A stretch of 20,000 bases of DNA from NCBI GenBank assembly GCA_013115125.1, contig JABANN010000127.1:45807-65806 (forward strand), written 5' to 3'. Both the position numbers and the translations under genes were made by a program. The notes below the pieces were generated by a model. The model was given only the letters and a program-made list of their open reading frames with translations, was not told the DNA's origin and searched no databases. This DNA comes from Perkinsus olseni (lineage: Eukaryota). Positions 11,589 to 20,000 of this stretch are shown here, piece after piece; positions within the stretch are counted from its first letter, which is position 1, and each line of letters starts with the position of its first letter.

Positions 11589-13485
11589 TTATGTATGCAT
11601 TACTATTAATAATGCCAGTGAGACAATGTGGAAGGGTCCTTCGCTTTGGCGAGGCCCGGAGGCGGCGGAAGCGCCCATTTCTTCAACTTGCTCGCACATG
11701 GCTCGGCAAGTAGCTTCGAAGATCTCAACTTGCTCGGACTTCTTTATCAAGTGTCCATAGTAATTACACTGAAGAAAACCGAATGGTTACACATGGTGAC
11801 ACGTCTGACTCTGAGGAGGAATGGGTAGCTGTGTACTGTCTCCTACGTCGTCATCGCAGGTTGTGGTTTTCACCACGTAACGGTTGAAGCAGATACAGCA
11901 CGTCAAGGTTGGGTCATCATTGTTAGTGAACATCGCATCGGGTAGACTATTGCCATGCACGTCAAGAGCGTCCGGACTGTCGCACTGAGAAACAATGGCC
12001 TTTCCTACCGGGAAGTTCTCACAGGACGACAGGCCTCTCGGACGTCGAAATAGTGCGCCATAGTGCTGGGCGCTGGACTCCCGAGACTTACAGTTTCATG
12101 GCATTGCTCTCGCGTCTTGCCAAAGAAGTTGTTCGTGTTGTACCTCGAGGAGGGACCATCCGCAGTCTGATGCATCTTGTACACTTACGGCATCACTCGC
12201 TGCACTCCCAACTCGGCCACCTTAGCTCCATGGCCTGAATGAACCGAGCAAAATTCGGGTCCCGCGTGGGACCCGCGTGAAGAACACTGGGTGGCCACCC
12301 AGGAACTCACCTTCGTCGACCGTCTGCCCTTTCATCATTGTCGGTTGTGTTCCACCTGAAGAGCTCATGCAAAGATAAATTCGCGAGCACGGCCAGCTCA
12401 ACGACAACGACGTTATCGAGGCATGTGGGCGCCGAAGGTAGTCACCCTATACCGAATTCTGCGCTGTCACCACGTGCGGCGTCATATCGATTTCGGTAAT
12501 ACACCACTGAAAATCTCTGATCTCACCATCAGATGTTCCGTTCTGACCTTCAAGTCCTCCCGAGTCAGCGTGCTTGCTTCCCTCCCAGCTCGCTTTTTCA
12601 TCCCTCTCATCTTTATCCGCCTTCTCATCTTTATTATCCTCCTCCTCCTCGCCTTCATCCCAATGATCTCCGGACGCTCCACGGGCTGCTCTATCCCTGC
12701 CTCGTCTCTCAGTGTCCTCATCATCCCAATCGTAGTAACCGTCTCCGTCGTCATAGTCGCTATCATCATCGTCGTCGTCGTCGTCGTCGTCATCATCATG
12801 ATCGTCATCATCATCATGATCGTCATCATCATGTCGATGCCGCCGACGTTTTCTCCGTTCCCCGTACCCTAGAGCAACAACGGCTCACCGCCGCGAGGCA
12901 TTCGGAATATAAGCTCATACCCAGGATATAATGTTCGTATTTCACGGATCAAACCTCAGATGCTAAGCACCGCTAACGGTGTATGGAGAGACGACTTGTT
13001 GTTGGGACAAAGCGCCAGTGGAATTCTCTACTTCAACGCCCGATTAGTTCAGCTGGATAGAATGTCTGCCTACGGAGCAGATGGTCGTAGGTTCGAATCC
13101 TGCATCGGGTATTCATGTGCGAGATACTCACTTCTACGATGATGCTTTTCCTTATCTTCGGCATCGTTTTGACGGTCCCTATCCTCGCCTCCATCACCGA
13201 AGAGCCACCTTAGGAGGAGCGACAAATCCAAATCAGAACACAACCAGCATCAACCTACGATTTCCGTTCTAGCCAAGAATCTGGCAGATCTTCACGCTTG
13301 GGTTGCGGCCTGAAGCAGGCCTCAAGTAACGGAGTGAATACCAAATCACGGAGAGATCATCTCCTCCTAACCGCCGACCTCCTCCGCTCGAGCAAAGACG
13401 ATGCCGACAGCGCTTGCTTGTAAAACTCGTCCTGACTCTCAGCGTTCCAAACATAAAGCTCCGCTACAGCCCGCAGAAGCCTCAT
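11589..13485 (-). CDS. Cys-rich putative GPI-anchored surface protein with Asp/His-rich tract (paralog A)
   Basis: 3' exons 12234-12189, 12143-12092, 11984-11847, 11768-11589 give YNTNNFFGKTREQCHET|CDSPDALDVHGNSLPDAMFTNNDDPTLTCCICFNRYVVKTTTCDDD|CNYYGHLIKKSEQVEIFEATCRAMCEQVEEM...PFHIVSLALLIVMHT*. An Asp-rich exon starting at 12868 is joined through phase-1 intron 13131-12869 to upstream exons. Start codon tentative. Confidence 0.7.
12764..12833. repeat. Mixed (TCA/TCG) triplet repeat encoding HDDDDHDDDDDHDDDD... on the minus strand
   Basis: Visible triplet repeats; they also explain the shadow ORFs (poly-M/T, poly-I/V, poly-H/R) in other frames. Confidence 0.85.
13038..13111 (+). tRNA. trnR-ACG: tRNA-Arg, anticodon ACG
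   Basis: Full cloverleaf: acceptor GCCCGAT/ATCGGGT; D arm GTTC-AGCTGGATA-GAAT; anticodon arm TCTGC-CTACGGA-GCAGA (ACG at 13072-13074); variable TGGTC; T arm GTAGG-TTCGAAT-CCTGC; discriminator A; no encoded CCA. Confidence 0.96.
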
Positions 13486-13655
13486 TGAGTGTGCAACATA
13501 GCTGCCAGGGAGACCTGTTCGTCGTGCTCCTTCTATCCCTCCTCATACTCAGTGTAGCAACTCAACTCCCCGCGGACTGGTGACAACAGATTCAACCATG
13601 AGTCAATTTCGTGTTTCTGAACACATCGGTGCTCGTGTAGCAGTCAAGCGGGGAG

Positions 13656-15300
13656 CTAGAAAGTATAGACACCCATTATCAAAGCGCTGACCAAGACTCC
13701 TGCGGGAAGATGCTGGACGGCCTCGTTCTTGGTCCGGCCCTCCTCGACCTCGCTGCGCATCTCCTTGATAAGCCCGCACATCTTCTCGCAAGTCCTGCTG
13801 TATGCTTCCTTATGCGGTGTCGATGTGATGTAGTTACCATATAAACCGCACTGAGTAGAACAGGGTATGCTGGCGCAAAACAAACGCGAGAGAACCGTGG
13901 AATCTCGCCGAGGCTTCTCACCGATCCTTACATCGCTCTCGCAAGTTTCGTCAGAAATAAGATCCTTGTTGTAGCAGATGCAGGTATTGAGCGATGCGTC
14001 GGTGTCGTTACCCATCCACATCGCTTCTGGTAGGCGGTTACCAGATGCGTCCCGGGCCTCGTCCGACAAACACTAAAAAACAACGAAACTGCAGACCGCA
14101 CGAGCGACCTCACGTTCTCACCGAGTCACGGCAGTCCTGCTCGCGTTTCCCGAAGAAGTCATTGACGTTAAACCTAAGTAAAGTAGCGCGTCTCATACAC
14201 GTCACAAAGTAAAGGTCTGAGGTCCTCGCAGATATTCAGCGGGAGCCGCTACTGGAAGGGCGCGCGGAGACAGATGCTCCCAATAGCTTACGCTCCCGCG
14301 GGCTCGGCTCCTTGGTCAACAGTATCTGCAAGGACCCAAGTCCCGATAAACTACTCAGTTCTCGACATTCCCCAGCGTGGCGACAGTCCAGCCTTCCGCA
14401 GCAGCGTCGGCAAACACATGCTATCCTACTCATCCGAGTTCAAGCAAACCGTCATTATAGAAGCGAGGTACATCAATCGCAATCCCCACCAGGCTCCGTC
14501 GTTTCCGTCTGCACGGTGCTCTCGTCCAAAGTTTCGGTCTCATCCCTCGGGCTGTGCGGAGTCACCTCGACACCCGACTTCCTCTCCGGCACACCTGAAA
14601 CCGTCACTTCAACGGGCTGCCCTCGACAGCTCTCCCCCACCCACCCACCCTCAGTGGGCATAACGGCAATTTCCCTGTAATCTTTATCTGGAAAGGATAA
14701 GAATCCAGACTACTGAGCTCTGTGCACCGCGACAAATGGGCATCTCGTACCCCGTGGAGTTGGTCCAGCCTTGGACGGTTGAGTAACCGGTGGCGGAGGG
14801 GGGCGGGTGAGAGGACTGTTCACTCTTCGGTGCTCGAATGCTGAAGGGGAAGCAGGGCAATAATCGGGACTGACTCGCAGCTAGGACCAAGCCACTTCAG
14901 ATAGAGTCTGGCAGATTCCATCGAGTCTCAAGGCAACAGACGCTGCAAAGCATTTTTTCTGTCGCAGACCTTTCCGAATCATCGGACGTTCTTTCGATCC
15001 ACTATCGAACGTAGTGGGCCCCTCTCACAATCGAAAGCCTTGTCTTTCTGCCATTCCTCGAAGTGTCTCCAGGCTGAACCAATAATGATTACCACGCCAA
15101 GGCCGAAGAGATGTTCACCGTACGTTCGCTCGCGTCCCGGCCGGGTATAGTGCGAACGGCGAAGCGTGCAGGTAGAGAATGGAGGCTGAAGTCGGCTGAT
15201 CTGAGAAGGAGGGGACCCCTGGCAGCCCCTTCGTGACCTCCGCCACCTACAGGACTTGCAGAAGGCTCGCTGCGTTACACAACATTGGAAGGCGGAGCGA
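13656..15300 (-). CDS. Cys-rich putative GPI-anchored surface protein with Pro/Thr/Glu-rich stalk (paralog B); 5' end uncertain
   Basis: 3' exons 14173-14122, 14072-13932, 13850-13656 give FNVNDFFGKREQDCRDS|CLSDEARDASGNRLPEAMWMGNDTDASLNTCICYNKDLISDETCESD|CGLYGNYITSTPHKEAYSRTCEKMCGLIKEM...LPAGVLVSALIMGVYTF*. Upstream phase-consistent exons to ~14840 encode RPPPPPVTQPS and ETETLDESTVQTETTEP. Confidence 0.7.
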
Positions 15301-15597
15301 AGCTGCAATGGACGAAGATTAAGCCGACGGTCAAGGAATGCTCCTGCCGGCCTCCGGCGGGCAGTTTGGGTTACTCAACGGATGGACGTGGTACGTAAAA
15401 CTCCACCCCCTGTAGCAATTCACCAACACAAGAGCACTGATGTAGTACAGGAGAAAACAAGGAGCGCAGGATAACAAGTACTAGTATGTTACTCTAAGCC
15501 ATATGAGTATGAGTGTCAAGAGCACAGGGAGGAGGAAGGCAAATGGACAATGGCTGTGGTAGTAGAGGCCGGCGGAATGGGTCCGCAGCTAGAGGTG

Positions 15598-16780
15598 TCA
15601 GAGAAACAGAGAATCGTCTTTGACATCTATTGACTCAAGAATGAGCCAAAGATTCTTCTCTAGCACTGAGCTGGTCTCGAAGCCTCCAGCCGACTGAGAA
15701 CCGTGGGTCAATGTGACAACCATATCGGTCGAGTACTCTGAGAACAACAACGAAATCGCACAACAACAATTGCACCGCTCCGCTGATTCGCCCAAGTTCC
15801 TCATCGAACTGCTCATCCAAAAGAAGATCCGTCCGAAATTTCCACACGATATAAGACTGCCAAGGACCCTCTTACGGGGCATGCGTTTTATTCCCATGGC
15901 CAAAGGCGTCCACTTGAGGCCCTCCTTATCGTGTATGTGACGCCCGTTTACCATGACCTGCGACCAACAGCTTTCTGATAGGCAGCGAGTTTTCGGAGGG
16001 AACAGAAGCTTACCAGGGAGTCGCCATTCGCTCCTTTTCGACAACTGATCTCGTCGATGTCATACGATACGCTATCGGTGGCTTCCGCTAGGTCGCTGAA
16101 GAAGTGCCTGCACGAGGAGGAGGTCCCGGGTTCGATTCCCAGGTACGGCGCCTGAGCCTGCCTTGCAACTTCATCAGGATCCTTGAGCTCCTTCTTGAAG
16201 TCGAGCAACTCAATCACAAGACTGGCGCCAGAATCGTCTACAACATTAGTAAACACCTGATCGGACCACGACAGACTCCCCGACACTCCCCAGCGTGGGT
16301 TCTAGGAAGACCAGGCACGATTTGCGCAGCAACTTCAGAGCGACTACAGAAAGTGCGCGCCTTCTGCAAAAGCTTGGGACGACGGTCAGGTTCCACGAAA
16401 AGTGTGGGCTATATAGCAAAAAGTAGCCCAATCTACCAATCAGTCAGCGATCGCAGCCCCGCGCTGCTTCAACGAGGTCTCACACCGCACGCCGCCGAGC
16501 TGTGAACGACTGGGATCGAGACCAAGGATACCAGCCCATAGCACACCTCCTGATAGTCCGGAATTGTCCGCAGAGTACTAGAGTCGGCAAAGCCCTTCGG
16601 TATGAGACACTCAATCGCGCCGCCGTACCTGAGGACCTCTACTTCCAAGTTACTCAAGAATTGATCCAAAACATCCTTATCATTCCACCTCACGGGCTCT
16701 GATGCAGACAACAGGCCGATCGTGAGCAGACCGGAAGTAGCGCCCCCCTTGCACACTAGCCGCGAACGAATGGAAGTCAT
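15598..16780 (-). CDS. MOG1: Mog1/RANGRF (Ran guanine nucleotide release factor)
   Basis: Spliced product (exon ending 16547, then 16256-16162, 16107-16014, 15957-15876, 15737-15598): YGGAIECLIPKGFADSSTLRTIPDYQE|VF...ASLVIELLD...EVAR|HFFSDLAEA...MGIKRMP|QYSTDMVVTL...ILESIDVKDDSLFL*. This matches Mog1 motifs GGAxxxxxPxxFxDxSxxRxxPDxQEVF, SxxIELL, FxDLA, RxPxxxTD and terminal DxxLF. Start uncertain. Confidence 0.85.
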
Positions 16781-17413
16781 AATTTGGTCTTCGCGATACC
16801 ACGAAGTGGCTCGCTACTGCCTACCCGTCCCACGAACAACCTCCATCCGTTCGAGAAACTATTTCTGAAACTCACAATCGGTTCTATTATTTAAGCGTAC
16901 AATGCGGTTCGAGAATCGATTCTGATTTCAGATTTGGTTTCCTGAACACCCCCGTCGCTTCCATTGTTGGTGCTTTCGACGGTCAGTGTAGCATTTTCGA
17001 CCCGCAAGACGCCTCGTGTCCCCATCCTACAGTCCTTTGTCTTCCAGATCCCCCGGCTCCCATTCGGACGGGTAACTACTTTCTCGGCGACATTCTCGAT
17101 TTGACATTGATTGATATACAACTATTTCTGAGTGGACAAAACTGCACATCATGGACCGCTTCGCTCCGCCTCCCGCCAACTCTTCATCCCCACAGCCGCA
17201 GTGAAACGATGGTAAATGATGAGTCTAGTCTACCACGCCAACCACTGCTGGTGCTACTCGAGGAACGTAGATGATGACCACCACTGGTGGCAGCAATCGC
17301 GGAATGCTATACAATATGCTCAATGACGTAGTACTACTAGTATCAGCTTTTTTACGTGATTTTGCTTGCCTTCAAGCGATACAACCTGAAGGCAGCGCGA
17401 GCCCTTCATGACC

Positions 17414-18400
17414 CTAGTCGGAGTCGGAGCCCTCATCGTCTCCGTCATCATCGCTATCCGAAGCCATAGCGTCGAGATCCTCATCCTCGTCGGTGTCCAT
17501 GGCTACGTCATTGTCATAAGCAGCATCGTCTCCACCGCCGGGGGACTCGACATACCTACTCGGGAGAAATCACAGTTGACGGCGATCGAAGCGAGGTCCG
17601 TACTTCGCCAGAGGCTCTGGGGGAGTCTGTTTGGCTGCGCGCTGTTGAGTAGTGCATACGTCAATCACAGCTTGCACTCTCCCATGCAGCTTCGATAGGG
17701 CAGAAAAGTAGGCCGTACGCTGGTGGAAGGACGCCAAGAGGGGCGCTGACGGGAGAAACGCAATGAACGATCGTCCCTAGCACAACGGGGAGCCGTCCTA
17801 GTACCGATGACGGCTCTGGTGTCCTCAGGGTGGCCAGAAAGGTAGCCTGCGTGGACCAACAGCAGATTGCGTGTCCACTCCGAAAGGACCACCGCCCGGG
17901 CAGGAGACTTGTCCAGAGCCATGCAAATATGCGACAGGATCTGTGCAGCTTCAGGACCTGTGACAGCCATAATAGGAAAAGAGCAGCACGGTGGCCATGC
18001 TTGAGAGAATGGAAATGCCGTAAGATATCCCCCACCTAACTACCAGTGATATCCCTAGCAGTAGCGGCCATGACGGCGTTATTGGTGGTATGGAGGACCC
18101 GATCAAGAGCCATGGTATCCCCACCAGCCAGGCCCTGTCGAGCGAGGGCCGCCATAGACGCGGAGCCGCTGGACCTGTCAGAGGAGGAGTCCACCGGCGC
18201 CCTCCGAAAAATGTGGACTTGCCTGGACTTTTCCCTTGATCGCTCCGCCTTCTTCTCAGCGATGAGCTTCTCTTCTGCCTTCTTAGTTCGCTCAGCCAGA
18301 GCCTGAGGCGGCACCCTCCAAGGCCCATCGTCCGCGTACCCGGCACTACCTTCATCTGCTCCTCAGTGGCCGCGCGCTTCGACGCCGGTGGCTGCACCAT
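17414..18400 (-). CDS. Utp12/Dip2-domain SSU processome protein (Utp5/WDR43 C-terminal type) with acidic tail, 248 aa
   Basis: Phase-consistent exons 18400-18350, 18302-18044, 17957-17805, 17745-17604, 17555-17414 (747 nt). SMAALARQGLAGGDTMALDRVL...SPARAVVLSEWTRNLLLVHAGYL...QRTAYFSALSKLHGRV resembles the Utp5/WDR43 C-terminal domain, followed by a D/E/S-rich tail. Confidence 0.78.
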
Positions 18401-18800
18401 TGAGACTACGAAAGGGGGGACTTCAAGCCTACTGCCAGCAACTAGGCCCTAACACAACCCTTCGACCCTCACAGGTGCGGTAGCGTTAAGAGCAGTCATG
18501 CTCTACCAGCTAAAGCCCTCTATCAGACTCAGCTTAGAGTGCAAGAAGGGGTATGAAATTGTAATACCTGGTGACGATTTGCGGTGTATGCTTTGACCGG
18601 ACTCAGCAGGAGCGCATCGCCGTTCGCCTTACAGCCCACCACGGGCGACCTGACTTCTGACCGCCTGATTCCTCCAACGAGAAAGCGACACGCGCCACGA
18701 AATTACGCGCTCGCCCCTGACCACGCGTGGCCCTACGAAGTAAGATCTCGACTAATCCCAGTACTCTCCTGCCTGCGAGTTTCTCTGAACAGTTTTTCTG

Positions 18801-19908
18801 ATGCCGAGGAGATCAAAGAGGGGCTCGTCAGGGTCCATGTCGCCGGAGCGGACGAACTCTTCCGCCTTCCGGCAGCTCACCATGGTCGACAGGTGCGCCC
18901 TCCGGCACCTGGCGCCCCTGCGGATGATGCTAGCCCAGATACCACAGCTTCGATGACCTCCGCTTGCTCCAGTCGGCTTGTGACTCGCGACGCAGCCCAC
19001 CCAGCGCCACTAGTCGTCGAAAGAGGCGGCGTAGCTCCGATAGCTATCCCGCAAGAAACACCGCAATGACCGCGCTGACAGACAACACGCTACTCAATGA
19101 AGCCTGTCTGAGAAGTGAGCCAGCGACCTGGAGAGCTACAGCAGAGTCAATGATCAGATGAACGCACTGCCTTGACTGCGAGAATCATAGGCTTGTGGAA
19201 GGAGTATGTCGCTCACTCCCGGGGTTCATCCTCCGACGACGACACGGCTGACGTAGGGGATCTCTCAGGTAGAGCCATTTCTGAGCTCAACTTGTAACAG
19301 CGTGTGTCAGTCTCTGCTGGCTACGGCATAGACGAGTGTTACACGCTCCTCCGTCCGGCGATCGGCAGCGAACACTCTCTCTGCAGACTAGCAAACCGTA
19401 TGACTATGGAGGAGGACTACCACCTACCCCGCGATGCCTCTCCTCAGTAGCAAGTTTCCAGCGCGAGCTTCATCTACTGAGACCAGCATTCGCCGTACCG
19501 CATGTCAGACCCCTCCGTCTCCGGTCGCCGACCAAAGAGACCCGCACCGTCCCGCACAGTGGTGCCTTGCGCCCCTCCTACGCCGGCTACGCGGAATGCT
19601 TCCACGAGAGCGTTGGGAGGGGTACATTGTACGCTGCTGCTTTGAGACTGGTATGGCGAATGCTAGACTGTTACTCTAATTTCCCCGATACCGCACAGGT
19701 CGCACGTGTGATTCAACGACGACTGCTAGCCCCGCAGGATCGGGCTGCGGACCCCCTATGGCTGCGTCAAGCTGCGTCATGCTTCAGCGTGGGGCTGATG
19801 GTGGCTTCACATAACACATTAAACCTGTACCTCCGGCGAACGACCAGTAGACAGCAGAAGGCCTGTGAATCAGGTAGCAGCCGCTTCGTTACGCTGCCGT
19901 GTCGCTGA
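18801..19908 (+). CDS. Hypothetical multi-exon protein, divergent from the Utp12-domain gene
   Basis: Phase-consistent plus-strand chain MPRRSKRGSSGSMSPERTNSSAFRQLTMVD|SFDDLRLLQSACDSRR...SRRKRRR...NEACLR|SLWKEYVAH..., and a terminal segment AAALRL|VARVIQRRLLAPQDRAADPLWLRQAASCF within ORF 19336..19908. Middle junctions are unresolved. Confidence 0.4.
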
Positions 19909-20000
19909 TGCTCATCCTCCACTAGAAAACTACAGGGTGTTCCAATTCGATATGCAAATCACAAAAATCAGTCTAATTCAGCACATACTACGTGTTTGAG

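Noticed and set aside
12423..12931. Hydrophobic 149-aa, His/Arg-rich 132-aa and Met-rich 116-aa ORFs
   Set aside because: Shadow frames of the GAT/GAC repeat encoding the Asp-rich exon.
16140..16631. 11-bp inverted match CAGGTACGGCG (16140-16150) / CGCCGTACCTG (16621-16631) suggesting a permuted or split tRNA
   Set aside because: The downstream copy lacks U8/A14, a D arm and an anticodon arm, and lies in the conserved Mog1 RYGG codons; likely chance.
16891..17200. 76-aa minus ORF and nearby short frames upstream of MOG1
   Set aside because: No ATG start, recognisable motif or confident splice chain; may be UTR or an unresolved 5' exon.
1..20000. Prokaryotic-style system (operon, CRISPR, retron, toxin-antitoxin) or transposable element
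   Set aside because: Spliceosomal introns occur throughout; no repeat-spacer array, transposase/RT/integrase motifs or terminal repeats were seen, and neighbouring genes are functionally unrelated.

Overview
Gene-dense eukaryotic DNA with many short (mostly 45-90 nt) GT-AG introns, so the ORF track is fragmentary and genes were rebuilt by hand-splicing. The style suggests an alveolate protist such as Perkinsus (inference only). Nine protein-coding genes lie head-to-tail on the minus strand from 1 to 18400. In order: a GCNA/ACRC-type SprT metalloprotease (3' end outside the window), a signal-peptide + EF-hand + JmjC/cupin oxygenase, two hypothetical proteins, a mitochondrion-targeted thioredoxin-fold protein lacking both catalytic cysteines, two tandem paralogous Cys-rich putatively GPI-anchored surface proteins, a Mog1/RANGRF homologue, and a stand-alone Utp5/WDR43-type Utp12-domain protein. 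A divergent plus-strand hypothetical gene follows. An intact tRNA-Arg(ACG) gene is nested antisense in an intron of one surface-protein gene, and a tRNA 3'-half-like remnant fills a short predicted intron of MOG1. No mobile element, CRISPR array or rRNA was seen, and no clearly new multi-gene system can be claimed.
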